This document shows, piece by piece, positions 15,520 through 25,398 of a DNA stretch of 27,901 nucleotides. Position 1 is the first letter of the stretch. The number at the start of each line of letters is the position of its first letter. The translations under genes were made by a program, and so were the position numbers. Below the pieces are notes generated by a model, which made no database searches, had not been told where the DNA came from, and saw only the letters and a list, made by a program, of their open reading frames with translations. This DNA comes from Candidatus Hodarchaeota archaeon (lineage in GTDB: Archaea; Asgardarchaeota; Heimdallarchaeia; Hodarchaeales; Hodarchaeaceae): contig JAEOTM010000096.1 of the NCBI GenBank assembly GCA_016839815.1, forward strand, positions 1 to 27,901, read 5' to 3'.

Positions 15520-17349
15520 ATGGCGGTACTTACTGCAAAGAAAGAGATTTCTTCTAAATCGTTTTCTCGGTGGTTCCTTGGTCATTTATTAGCTAATCCC
15601 TTGAATTTAGTAGTCATTTTTATTGGAACATCAGTATCAATATTGATTCGTATGCTGATTCCGATTTTCTTGGGACAGGCACTAGATCAGGTGATCATTG
15701 ATCAAAAAAATCTCTTAACAAATAGTGAACAGCTTGACCTTCTTCGAGATTTCGTGTTTCTTATTCTCGTACTTGGAATTCTACGTTTTTTTGTGGGTGT
15801 CATAACCTCAATTGCTAATGAGTGGCTTTCTTGGACTTCCCAAAGACGAATTCGTGAAGAGTTCTTTGATTCAATGCAGAAGAAACCGTTGAAATTTCAT
15901 GATTCAGTTAGAACTGGGGAATTAATGGCTTTAGCAACCAACGACTTATCACAAGTAGGCGGATTGATATCTCCAGGATTTTCTATGATGGCAGATGTGT
16001 TCATCTCTGTAACCATTGCTGCAGTACTTATAATAGCAGTACTCAACGCTCCCCAGCTCTTAATATTATCAATTCCATTTTTTCTCGTGTATCTATGGGC
16101 TGTTTTTAGTTATAATAAAAAAATGGCTCCAATAAGCCACACATTCATGAGAAAGTGGAGTGCTATTGCTACAGCAGTCCAAGACAATATTACTGGAGCA
16201 GAAGTAGTTCGTGCCTTTGCAGAGGAAACCTATGAGAGAAAAAAGTTTATGGAATATGTATTAGACTTCAGAGATACATGGTATAAGCGTCAAATATTGC
16301 AGGCACGATATTTTCCGACACTTATTCTGTTTGCTACAACTGGAACTTCCGTTCTTATTGGATCATTACTCATTTTAGCTGAAGAATTAACAATTGGGAC
16401 ATTGATAGGATTTACTGGTATTTTATTCACTTTAATTGGTCCAACTTATATCATCTCCTTTGCAGTCGTGTTGTATAATGGAGGTTTGGCTGGCGCCAGA
16501 CGTATATACAATATGGAAATGAAAGAAGTGGGAGAGGATGCTATTGAGAAGAAAATTGAAACAATAGGTAATATTCAAGGGAAAATCACCTTCAAAGGTG
16601 TTTCATTCCAATATCCTACCTCTAAAGGCCCGATTCTAGACGATGTATCATTCAATGTGGCACCAGGTCAGATGATTGCCATTGTAGGCCCTACAGGGTC
16701 TGGTAAATCATCATTAACAAAATTGTTACTGAGACTATATGATTATTCAGGGGAAATTCTTTTAGATGATGTTGACATACAAAAAATTCCTTTAGAGAGC
16801 TTAAGAAAACGAATAGGATTGATAGAACAGGATGTTTATCTATTCCCACGATCTATTCGTGAAAATATTGCATTCGGAGCAAGAGATGCAACTGAAGCAA
16901 AGATTATGGAAGCAGCGAAATTGGCTCAAGCTCATGAGTTTATTTCTGAATTTCCTAAAGGGTATGACAGTTACGTTGGAGAGGGAGGAAGTCAGCTTTC
17001 TGGAGGACAACGTCAAAGAATTGCCCTTGCAAGAACATTTTTGACTGATCCACGGATTCTGATACTTGATGATTCAACTTCATCAGTCGATTCTAAAACT
17101 GAAGAGGAAATAGTGAAAGCCATCAACGCAGTGAGTCAAGGCCGAACAACATTCATAATAACACACAGATTATCACAAATCAGACGAGCTGATTGCGTAC
17201 TCGTAATTAAAGGGAACAAAATTGTGGCAAGAGGCCATCATTCAAAGCTGATACGTCAATCACCTGATTATCGTAGAATTTTTGGTAAACATGCAGTTCT
17301 ACCATCGTTAGAACAGATAAGTTCTAATGAAAATGGAGGAAATATGTAA
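15520..17349 (+). CDS. ABC exporter, fused TMD-NBD half transporter (degenerate-site subunit)
   Basis: Six-TM domain, Walker A GPTGSGKS, signature LSGGQRQR and Walker B ILILDDSTSSVD (catalytic E replaced by D). Confidence 0.93.
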   Translation: MAVLTAKKEISSKSFSRWFLGHLLANPLNLVVIFIGTSVSILIRMLIPIFLGQALDQVIIDQKNLLTNSEQLDLLRDFVFLILVLGILRFFVGVITSIANEWLSWTSQRRIREEFFDSMQKKPLKFHDSVRTGELMALATNDLSQVGGLISPGFSMMADVFISVTIAAVLIIAVLNAPQLLILSIPFFLVYLWAVFSYNKKMAPISHTFMRKWSAIATAVQDNITGAEVVRAFAEETYERKKFMEYVLDFRDTWYKRQILQARYFPTLILFATTGTSVLIGSLLILAEELTIGTLIGFTGILFTLIGPTYIISFAVVLYNGGLAGARRIYNMEMKEVGEDAIEKKIETIGNIQGKITFKGVSFQYPTSKGPILDDVSFNVAPGQMIAIVGPTGSGKSSLTKLLLRLYDYSGEILLDDVDIQKIPLESLRKRIGLIEQDVYLFPRSIRENIAFGARDATEAKIMEAAKLAQAHEFISEFPKGYDSYVGEGGSQLSGGQRQRIALARTFLTDPRILILDDSTSSVDSKTEEEIVKAINAVSQGRTTFIITHRLSQIRRADCVLVIKGNKIVARGHHSKLIRQSPDYRRIFGKHAVLPSLEQISSNENGGNM

Positions 17350-19205
17350 TGGGATGGATATTTGAAGGAATAGAACGATCAGAAGACGAGAGAAGATATA
17401 GTGATCGTGAGCTTGTACAAAGATCGATAAAACGCTTAGCTCCATATAGAAGGCCAATCATTATTTCATCAGCTACCACCATCTTCTTAACTCTCATAAG
17501 CCTTTTGAATCCCCTTATTTTTGGATATTTAATTCAGACTTTAGACGTTTCCAACCTTACTGGGGTAAGTTTCACAGTAATCTTCTTTGCAGGGATGTGC
17601 TACTTATTATTATCTGTCTTAAGTTGGATAGGAGACTATACTATTAATGTACAAGTGGCTAAAGTGGTTCCGTTCTTCATGGTGACCTTACGTGGAGATA
17701 TTTTTGATGCATTACAGAAACAAGATATGAAGTTCTTCGATCAGCATAGGAGTGGAAGATTAAATTCTCGTGTTTCAAGCGATGCTGCTGATTATGGAGG
17801 AGCGGTATCCATTGTATTAGTAGTAATTGGCCAGCTCTTGATAATTATTGCTGTCTTTTTTGTTCTGGCACTTATAAATTTACAATTAGCGCTAATAACC
17901 GCCTCTGTTGTACCCGCTTTAATCTTAATTAGTTTTTTGTTTAGAAAAATTGCACGTTCAACAAGTATGAGTTTTAGAAAGGCACATGCATCAGTAAACG
18001 CAGCTATTGCAGAAAGTGTGAATGGAATACAAGTTTCCAAAGCTTTTGGGGTGGAAGAAGAATCATTAGATGATTTCAAGGAGATCAATCAGAAACACTT
18101 TCAGGCGGGATTTAAACGTAGTATTTCTATGATGCTATTTTTTCCTTTCGTAGAGCTACTCTCCGCCTCTGCAACCGTCCTAATCCTTCTTGTAGGAGGG
18201 GAGCTGGCTCTTTCTGGTACAAGTATTATTACTGCTGCTTATCTCTTCATATTCATATCTTATCTGAATAATTTCTTTTTTCCAGTTACTCAGCTCATTA
18301 GTTTTTACACACAAATTCAAGCTGGATTTGCTGCGTTCGAGCGTATTCTCCAAGTAATTGATACTGAACCTTCTGTTCAAGATTTAGGGAATGTAGAAAA
18401 GGAAACTATTACTGGAAAAATTGATTTTCAACACGTAGACTTTGCTTATGTTCCTGAATCTCCAGTATTAACGGATTTTTCATTGACAATCAATCCAGGA
18501 GAAAAGTTAGCAATAGTAGGACACACTGGAGCAGGTAAGACTTCGATTATTGCATTACTAACCCGATTCTATGAATTCCAAAAGGGAAAAATTTTGGTTG
18601 ATGGTACCCATATTCGAGATTATCAATTGAAGAGTTATCGAAACCATTTGGGAGTTGTGCTACAAACTCCATTCTTATTTAATGGTACAATTTTGGAAAA
18701 TATTACATATGGACGAAAAAATGCCTCAGAAGAAGATTTAAAGCAAGCTTTACAAATTTCTCGGGTCGAGGAAATTCTCGAATATCTGAAAGATGGTTTA
18801 AATACATCTGTTGGTGAAGGAGGCTCTTTACTTAGCACTGGCCAGAGACAACTAATTAGTTTCGCTCGCGCATTATTGGCAGATCCTAAAATATTAATTC
18901 TAGATGAAGCTACATCATCTGTTGATGCCTATACGGAATCGATGATCCAAGAATCGCTTGAGGAATTAATGAAGGGAAGAACTTCAATAGTGATAGCACA
19001 TCGGCTCTCTACGGTTAAAAATGCAGACAGAATCATCGTAATTGATCACGGAAAGATAATCGAGGAAGGTACACACGATGCTCTTCTTTCTTTAGATGGG
19101 GAGTATGCAACTCTCTACAACACATACTTCAAACATCAAGAAGTAGATTGGACTCCCAATGGGCCTTCAATTCCTAAAGAGGCTGAAATGGCATATAATC
19201 CGTGA
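17349..19205 (+). CDS. ABC exporter, fused TMD-NBD half transporter (consensus-site subunit)
   Basis: TAATG translational coupling with the upstream gene, Walker A GHTGAGKT, degenerate signature LSTGQRQ, Walker B ILILDEATSSVD and H-loop IAHRLST. This fits a TM287/TM288-type heterodimer. Confidence 0.93.
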   Translation: MGWIFEGIERSEDERRYSDRELVQRSIKRLAPYRRPIIISSATTIFLTLISLLNPLIFGYLIQTLDVSNLTGVSFTVIFFAGMCYLLLSVLSWIGDYTINVQVAKVVPFFMVTLRGDIFDALQKQDMKFFDQHRSGRLNSRVSSDAADYGGAVSIVLVVIGQLLIIIAVFFVLALINLQLALITASVVPALILISFLFRKIARSTSMSFRKAHASVNAAIAESVNGIQVSKAFGVEEESLDDFKEINQKHFQAGFKRSISMMLFFPFVELLSASATVLILLVGGELALSGTSIITAAYLFIFISYLNNFFFPVTQLISFYTQIQAGFAAFERILQVIDTEPSVQDLGNVEKETITGKIDFQHVDFAYVPESPVLTDFSLTINPGEKLAIVGHTGAGKTSIIALLTRFYEFQKGKILVDGTHIRDYQLKSYRNHLGVVLQTPFLFNGTILENITYGRKNASEEDLKQALQISRVEEILEYLKDGLNTSVGEGGSLLSTGQRQLISFARALLADPKILILDEATSSVDAYTESMIQESLEELMKGRTSIVIAHRLSTVKNADRIIVIDHGKIIEEGTHDALLSLDGEYATLYNTYFKHQEVDWTPNGPSIPKEAEMAYNP

Positions 19206-19236
19206 TTTTCAAATTTAATAAAGAATTTTCTAAAGA

Positions 19237-19791
19237 TCAAATTCTCAAAGGAATTTCGCTAAGTGTGATTAAAAATAGTCCCGCTACTGTTACCGTAATC
19301 AAGAGGTATAACAGCTGGAACAATCCATGATTGTATAACCATTGGATTCGATCAATTGTTGACTTGCTTTTAATCGCTAGATGACTTAACTTAATGAGTG
19401 CAGTATGTTCATCTTCAGTAAATTGCTTACGGTCCAAGATTTTTTCAACATTTATATCATGTTTCACACGAGCTAGTCGTAAACGAGCACGGTGAATCAT
19501 AATTTGGGTAATAAGTGAAATGAAAACCATACAAAGTAACATTAGAATATTAATACCAGCGATCAATCGGGTAGAAGATACTGTACCACTAAAAAAGAAT
19601 TGAAGAGAAAGAAAAGTTAAAACGGACGCTGACATAGCAACAGACACAAGTGGGGTTGCTGCTGCGCTTAAAAACTCAATTCGTATACTAGCATTCTCTA
19701 ATAAGTCAAGTAGCTCCTTTCTAAGAGCAATAGCTTCATGAGAATGTCCGGAAGAGTGAGAATTAGTGATCCTATTCATTTTTATTTGCAT
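19237..19791 (-). CDS. Hypothetical membrane protein (three predicted TM helices)
   Basis: Hydrophobic stretches PLVSVAMSASVLTFLSLQFFF, LIAGINILMLLCMVFISLI and LFQLLYLLITVTVAGLFLITL. It starts 12 nt after the DUF1116 stop. Confidence 0.65.
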   Translation of the reverse strand: MQIKMNRITNSHSSGHSHEAIALRKELLDLLENASIRIEFLSAAATPLVSVAMSASVLTFLSLQFFFSGTVSSTRLIAGINILMLLCMVFISLITQIMIHRARLRLARVKHDINVEKILDRKQFTEDEHTALIKLSHLAIKSKSTIDRIQWLYNHGLFQLLYLLITVTVAGLFLITLSEIPLRI

Positions 19792-19803
19792 CCAAATAAA
19801 ACA

Positions 19804-21060
19804 TTAAGAATTTAGATATTTTTGGCCAAAGGTTCGTAGTGCGTCTTGAAACATACCGATTGGAGCAGAGGTTAACCCCGCACCAATTTGTCCTATGCCA
19901 GCTTCTTTATGAGCGATACCAGTGTTAATGAGTGGAGTTTCGTTGAGTTCTACAACTCGTCGGATATCAACTCCGGTTGGGCTTCCTCGAAAATTCAGAA
20001 TTGGGATTGTAAATGCTTTGCTTATACCTTCAGTTATTTCATACATTCTCTCAGTTCTTGATACCGCATCTGATGCCGAACCACCCACGAATGATACAAT
20101 TGCTGGAGAAGCTGCCATTGCAAACCCACCTATACCAATTACTTCGGATATTGTAGAATCTCCTAAATCGGGGCAAGCATCTGCATCTGAGTATCCTGGA
20201 AAATATAGTCCATCAACCATTGTCGCGGGCGAAGTAAACCATGAACGACCTAGTCCAGAGACTTGAATTCCAATGTCTGTCCCATTTCGAGCCATGGCAA
20301 CCATTAACGAACAATATTCTATGTCACGTGCTGCATCTGCAATAAGTTTGGAATGTGGCATTGATAAATTCAAGTGGAAAATGTCTGCATTCTCCTTAAT
20401 AAATTCAAACACTTCCTTGACCCTCATGGAGTCAGAAGTTTCTAGTAGGTGAGGTGTGATTTCACTCAAGAATAGATACGAACCGGAACGATTCCTATTA
20501 TGAGCTTCATCTCCCATATGAAGAGATTCAGATATTATGGATTTAATATCAATTCCTTTGGAATGAAGAATTGCTTTCTTCAAAGTCGGGGCCAGTACGT
20601 CATTCATCCATTTAAGTCGGTCTAAAACATCATCACTCCACCCACCAAATCTCAGAACTTTTCCTCTACCTTCATTTAAAGTACAAAAAGCCCGATTTTT
20701 TGTCTTCGGATCCTCTAGAATAAATACTGGTTGATGTGGAGCTGTAACTCCTGTCATTGGACCAACTGCATCGTGATCATGATTTGGATCAAATGTTATT
20801 TCCCCCGAGGCAGCGATAGAATAACCGTCCTTAATTGTTTCAGCTAAGCCCTCATATACTAATATTCCAGCAATAGCTCCTTGAGTTGGTCCTGACATTC
20901 TCTCCCATTCTATTGGAGGTCCTGCATGGAGAATCGTTTTTTTATCCATTCTTGGAATGACATTGATTGCTAGGTCTATGTCAACTAAAATTGGTTGTAC
21001 CTCTGCCATTTTCTTTAGAGCTTCTTCATTTGCAGTTTTTATCTTCTCTTTTATTGCCAT
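19804..21060 (-). CDS. ylbE: DUF1116 family protein (YlbE/YahG; oxamate carbamoyltransferase subunit AllG-like)
   Basis: ILHAGPPI, HDAVGPMTG, LNEGRGKVLRFG, LHMGDEAHNRN, MARNG, DLGDSTISE and PLINTGIAHKEAGIGQIGAG. Confidence 0.9.
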   Translation of the reverse strand: MAIKEKIKTANEEALKKMAEVQPILVDIDLAINVIPRMDKKTILHAGPPIEWERMSGPTQGAIAGILVYEGLAETIKDGYSIAASGEITFDPNHDHDAVGPMTGVTAPHQPVFILEDPKTKNRAFCTLNEGRGKVLRFGGWSDDVLDRLKWMNDVLAPTLKKAILHSKGIDIKSIISESLHMGDEAHNRNRSGSYLFLSEITPHLLETSDSMRVKEVFEFIKENADIFHLNLSMPHSKLIADAARDIEYCSLMVAMARNGTDIGIQVSGLGRSWFTSPATMVDGLYFPGYSDADACPDLGDSTISEVIGIGGFAMAASPAIVSFVGGSASDAVSRTERMYEITEGISKAFTIPILNFRGSPTGVDIRRVVELNETPLINTGIAHKEAGIGQIGAGLTSAPIGMFQDALRTFGQKYLNS

Positions 21061-21084
21061 TTCAACCAAACTCTCTTTTTAAAT

Positions 21085-21258
21085 CTAAAGTAGTCTATCT
21101 AAAAGATGAAGTAATTCATGATTACCTTGAGCAGGTGGTTCCCATTTTATGTGAACCGTGGGAATTCCCTGAGCTTTTGATGCTTCAAAAAATGAATGTA
21201 ATCCAATATTTAGAACCATGGGTCCATCAATCAATAGTTTATCAATTTTATTGTCCAA
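21085..21258 (-). CDS. Small stand-alone FdrA C-terminal domain protein (57 aa; missed by the ORF track)
   Basis: Hand translation from TTG 21258: MDNKIDKLLIDGPMVLNIGLHSFFEASKAQGIPTVHIKWEPPAQGNHELLHLLDRLL. It matches the V-x-N-I-G-L..F...V-H..W-x-P-x-A-x-G tail of enterobacterial FdrA. SD-like GAGGT lies upstream. Confidence 0.85.
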   Translation of the reverse strand: MDNKIDKLLIDGPMVLNIGLHSFFEASKAQGIPTVHIKWEPPAQGNHELLHLLDRLL

Positions 21259-21270
21259 TTCAATCCAACC

Positions 21271-22851
21271 TCATTGAATGTGTGATGAGTCCTTCCTCAA
21301 AGCGATTAGGGTAGCAAGTTTTGCTGCTTGAGCATTAGTAGGCATCGTAATTATACCATGGGAATTCAATCGGTTCACTGAGTCTTCATAATCTTGTGGA
21401 TCCAGTTGAGTACCGCAGACATGTGCTATAATTGGAATTTTTCTTTCTTTTTTCTTCCAAAGCTGGAAAGCGTCCTCCATATCAAGGACTGGATTAGGAT
21501 GTGAACCGTATCCAAGGACGAAGTCGACCAGTATTACTGCTGTCTCAGGATCTTGAATTTCTTTCAAGAATCGTTGAGTTCTTTCCGTCTGATCAATCAT
21601 GGGATGAGGTTTACCTACTGTAAATTCATCTGCTCCCATATCAATTAAAGTGTGTCTATAACTTTGTGTAACATCATCGATAAATGTAGTACCCTCCAAA
21701 TGAACATTTGTATTAATTGATTCATCCTCAGGGAAGAGATCTCTGATGATTTGAACTGCTTCAAAAGTAAATGTTCCACCAGCAAATAAACCACGAATAA
21801 ATTTCTGTTCAGGATTGAGTGTTGTAGCTAAATTATTCAAGATTTTATCAATCTCTAGTTCAGCATCGAAATGAACGAGTTCTCGTGTTAGTTTTCCTGT
21901 TTGAAAGAAGGTCGAAGCAGTATAAGCAGCTTCTTCTAGAGTATCAACTGTCACAGATTGATCTACATTCTCACAATAACCGTGTTTTTTACCAAGAAAG
22001 TTAATTATTACCGGTTTTGAACAGTTGTTAATCTCTTTTAGGACGTTAGCCATTGTAGTTTCTTCTGGAGGTTTTGATACTAGAATAATTAGCTCTATAG
22101 AAGGATCTCGTTCTAAAGCATGCAATCCAGCAATCATTGTGATACCTCCGACCAAATCTTTCACATCGCGTGATCCTGTACCAATTGCATGTGTAATTCC
22201 AAGGTTTAGATGATGACACAAAGTCATTACCTCTTGAGTTCCTGTACCAGATGCAGCGATAATACCTATTGGACCTGGATTTACAATATTGCAGAATCCT
22301 AAACCAACATTCTTTATCATAGCTGTTCCGCAGTCAGGTCCCATTAATAATAGTCCTTCTTTATGTGCTTCTTTTTTTAATCTGACTTCATCCTCTAAGG
22401 AGACATTATCAGAGAAAAGAAGAACATTCAATCCATTCATTAATGCAATATGCGAATCTCTTGCTGCGTATTCTCCTGGAACTGAAATCACCGCTAAATT
22501 TGCGTCAGGAAGACCCCCAAGCGCTCCTCGTATAGAACGGTACAGTAATGTACTATCATGGGAAGTTTGAACAGATTGAGAAAGGTGTTCAATGATGAAT
22601 TTGATTGCTGCATCTGCAGTAGTTAATGAGTCAGCTCGAATAGAAATAACGATATCATTTGCATCAGCTGCAATAGCTTCTGGTGTAAGGAGACCTACTT
22701 CCTCTAATAATGGCTTATTTTTTGGAGTTCCCATCATTACAGAAGCTATTTGGACTCCCTCAATTTCTTTGCTAACACTTGACGCTGCTCTCATCAACTG
22801 CACTGAATCACGATATTCCTGATGTATAAGGTGAGTTTTAACAATTGACAT
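21271..22851 (-). CDS. fdrA: FdrA/YahF acyl-CoA synthetase-like protein (AllF-like), lacking the C-terminal tail
   Basis: YRDSVQLM, VMMGTPKNK, ISVPGEYAA, LFSDNVS, LLMGPDCGT, ASGTGTQE, IRGLFAGGT and phospho-His-type motif FTVGKPHPMID. Confidence 0.92.
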   Translation of the reverse strand: MSIVKTHLIHQEYRDSVQLMRAASSVSKEIEGVQIASVMMGTPKNKPLLEEVGLLTPEAIAADANDIVISIRADSLTTADAAIKFIIEHLSQSVQTSHDSTLLYRSIRGALGGLPDANLAVISVPGEYAARDSHIALMNGLNVLLFSDNVSLEDEVRLKKEAHKEGLLLMGPDCGTAMIKNVGLGFCNIVNPGPIGIIAASGTGTQEVMTLCHHLNLGITHAIGTGSRDVKDLVGGITMIAGLHALERDPSIELIILVSKPPEETTMANVLKEINNCSKPVIINFLGKKHGYCENVDQSVTVDTLEEAAYTASTFFQTGKLTRELVHFDAELEIDKILNNLATTLNPEQKFIRGLFAGGTFTFEAVQIIRDLFPEDESINTNVHLEGTTFIDDVTQSYRHTLIDMGADEFTVGKPHPMIDQTERTQRFLKEIQDPETAVILVDFVLGYGSHPNPVLDMEDAFQLWKKKERKIPIIAHVCGTQLDPQDYEDSVNRLNSHGIITMPTNAQAAKLATLIALRKDSSHIQ

Positions 22852-22954
22852 TATAAACACACAATTCATCTGAAAATGAGATACTATCTGTAAAATTATG
22901 TGTGTAATAAAGAATTTTTTGTGTGGAAAATGAGTTGAAGGTGTGAATTATTTA

Positions 22955-24205
22955 TCATTCGTACACCTTTTCCTCGGAAAATTCAGCCCCAGTTGCATCA
23001 TTCTCAACATCTCTTGATTGTAACCTAGGATCAGTAGATTTTAATTCCTTAAAATATTCATGTTGGATCAATAAACTCATTATTTCATTCGTACCTGTCC
23101 AAATACTCATTAATCGTATATCTCTTAATAGACGTTCAATCGGATACACATTAGTGTACCCAATACCCCCAAGGATCTGCATAGCATGATTGATAACGTC
23201 CCAAGCTGAATCAGTTGCGAATTTCTTAGTTTCCGATACTAATCGACGAATTAAACCGCTTGTTAAACCTTTATTTTGATCAATTGTACGACTTGTGGTA
23301 TAAATAAGACTGCTAGCGGCATCAAGTATGGTTAAACTTTCCGCAAGTTTGAATGAAACAGCTTGAAATTTACGAATCGGCTGTCCAAAAGCTTTACGTC
23401 GTGTACTATATTTCCCTGCCACATTGAGGCCTGCTCGAGCCGCACCAATTGATCCAGCAGCTGATGTCATACGTTCGGGAATCATCATCTGATTAAATAT
23501 CAAACCTCCAGTATTTAACTCTCCAATAAGGTTTTCATCGGAAATTTCGACATTATCAAAAACAAGACGACCCGTTCCACCACCACGTGCTCCCATAAGT
23601 CCATACACGTGTTTTGTTTTCACACCAGCTTCTCTCTCTACAAGAAATGCACTTATGGAATTACGAGGATCTGAAGCTTTTAGATCAGTTTTTGCATATA
23701 CAAGAAACAGATCAGCTCCTTCGGATCCAACCACAAACCTTTTTTGTCCATTTAGGAGATAATTATCCCCTTGCTTGACTGCAGTACATGTCGCTCCAAA
23801 AAAATCAGATCCACCCCTTGGTTCGGTAAGGGCTTCTGCACAGAAAATCTCTCCTTTGAGGATTGGTGTTAAATAACTCTCTTTCTGTTCTTGGGTTCCA
23901 AAATGATGAATTGCTTCTCCTACAATACTTGGAAGAGAGTACAAACATCCTAATGCAGGTCCTAACGCACCTACTTCTTCAAGAACAATTGATTCAGCAA
24001 CCCAATTTAATCCAAGACCTCCAAACTCAATTGGGAATCTAATACCCAATAAATTCTGTTTAGCCAAATCTTTAACGAAATTTGTGGGATATTGAATTTC
24101 TTCTTTATCCATTTTCCGTAAAATTGAAGGTGGAATGTTTTTTATAATTTTTCGGGCTTTATTCTTAATTTCTCTCTCTTCATCCGTGAGTAAAGCATCC
24201 AGCAT
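22955..24205 (-). CDS. Acyl-CoA dehydrogenase family protein
   Basis: ALTEPRGGSD, YLLNGQKRFV, RKAFGQPIRKFQAV and AMQILGGIGY...ERLLRDIR...IWTGTNEI. Confidence 0.95.
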   Translation of the reverse strand: MLDALLTDEEREIKNKARKIIKNIPPSILRKMDKEEIQYPTNFVKDLAKQNLLGIRFPIEFGGLGLNWVAESIVLEEVGALGPALGCLYSLPSIVGEAIHHFGTQEQKESYLTPILKGEIFCAEALTEPRGGSDFFGATCTAVKQGDNYLLNGQKRFVVGSEGADLFLVYAKTDLKASDPRNSISAFLVEREAGVKTKHVYGLMGARGGGTGRLVFDNVEISDENLIGELNTGGLIFNQMMIPERMTSAAGSIGAARAGLNVAGKYSTRRKAFGQPIRKFQAVSFKLAESLTILDAASSLIYTTSRTIDQNKGLTSGLIRRLVSETKKFATDSAWDVINHAMQILGGIGYTNVYPIERLLRDIRLMSIWTGTNEIMSLLIQHEYFKELKSTDPRLQSRDVENDATGAEFSEEKVYE

Positions 24206-24357
24206 TAACTATTTCTCCAGAACCAAATTAATTTAGTTGAAATTGACTTTGAGGGGAATATCGGAATAAAAACTCTTTCCACCAGAAATTAATCCAAGGA
24301 AAAAATTGAAGATACTCTGTACTAACTCAATTAACCTAACCGAAAATACGAAAGTGA

Positions 24358-25392
24358 GTGAATTTTTTGATATCTACAAATATCACAACAGTATTGTTCA
24401 CATGGGAAGTAAATGAACGATTAAAATCCTATCTTCAGGAAAATCTTGTTGGATTACAAGGATTAAATTTACTATTTCCTTCTCCTTTATCTGATGAAGA
24501 ACTTTTACGTCTTGCTCCGACTGCAGATATAGTTATTGGGTGGAGGGTAAAGGATGAAATAAAATTAGCAGCAGAAAAGATGAAACTATTTATAAATCCA
24601 GGCACAGGTATTAAACATCATATTGATTTTTTTAGAAAGCTTAATCAATCACGAAATGTGACTCTAATCAACGGTCATGGAAATTCATATTTCACCGCCC
24701 AACACGCTGTTGCTATGTTACTGACATTACTCAATAAGATAATTCCCCATCATAATTGGATGAAACAGGGCAAATGGAGAAGGGGAGATAGTGACGCAAT
24801 CTCGATTCCATTGAGAGATAAAAGAATCGGCTTACTTGGATATGGAAATATTAATAGCAAAGTCCATCGTTTTTTGGAAGGATTCGATGTCAATTTTTCT
24901 ATCTTAAAAAAAACAGGAAAGCTTCCTAAATCTCATTCAAAATCAATTAAAACTTTTTCCAATGAACAGATGGCTGAATTTTTAGAATCTATTGATGTTC
25001 TGATCGTAGCTGTTCCTGAAACTACAGAAACAATGGGAATGATCGGTAAAGAAGAAATTCAGCTCTTAAGTCCAAATGGAATCTTAGTTAATGTAAGTAG
25101 AGGATCTGTAGTTGATGAGAAAAGTTTGTATGAAGCACTCCATCAAAACAATTTATTAGGTGCAGCTATAGATGTGTGGTATGAATATTCACCTACTGAA
25201 GATGAGGAAGGAGCTAAATTTCCTTTTCATTATCCATTCAATACTCTTGATAATGTAATATTATCCCCACACAGAGCTGCATCTCCTTTTTCCGACCTAA
25301 GACGGTGGGATGAGGTGATTGAAAATATTAAAAGACATCATGCGGGTAGAACTGAGTACTTAAATGTTGTTGAATTAGATAGGGAGTACTAA
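24358..25392 (+). CDS. D-isomer-specific 2-hydroxyacid dehydrogenase (DVW-type subfamily)
   Basis: NAD-binding IGLLGYGNI, LVNVSRGSVVDE, GAAIDVWYEY and LSPHRAA. Confidence 0.88.
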   Translation: MNFLISTNITTVLFTWEVNERLKSYLQENLVGLQGLNLLFPSPLSDEELLRLAPTADIVIGWRVKDEIKLAAEKMKLFINPGTGIKHHIDFFRKLNQSRNVTLINGHGNSYFTAQHAVAMLLTLLNKIIPHHNWMKQGKWRRGDSDAISIPLRDKRIGLLGYGNINSKVHRFLEGFDVNFSILKKTGKLPKSHSKSIKTFSNEQMAEFLESIDVLIVAVPETTETMGMIGKEEIQLLSPNGILVNVSRGSVVDEKSLYEALHQNNLLGAAIDVWYEYSPTEDEEGAKFPFHYPFNTLDNVILSPHRAASPFSDLRRWDEVIENIKRHHAGRTEYLNVVELDREY

Positions 25393-25398
25393 GATTAT

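Noticed and set aside
15520-17349. Walker B Glu-to-Asp change as a sign of pseudogenisation
   Set aside because: This is the normal degenerate site of heterodimeric ABC exporters and is matched by the partner's LSTGQ signature.
20967-21314. 115-aa plus-strand ORF spanning the fdrA-DUF1116 gap
   Set aside because: The gap is better explained by the minus-strand 57-aa FdrA tail ORF, which has clear family motifs.
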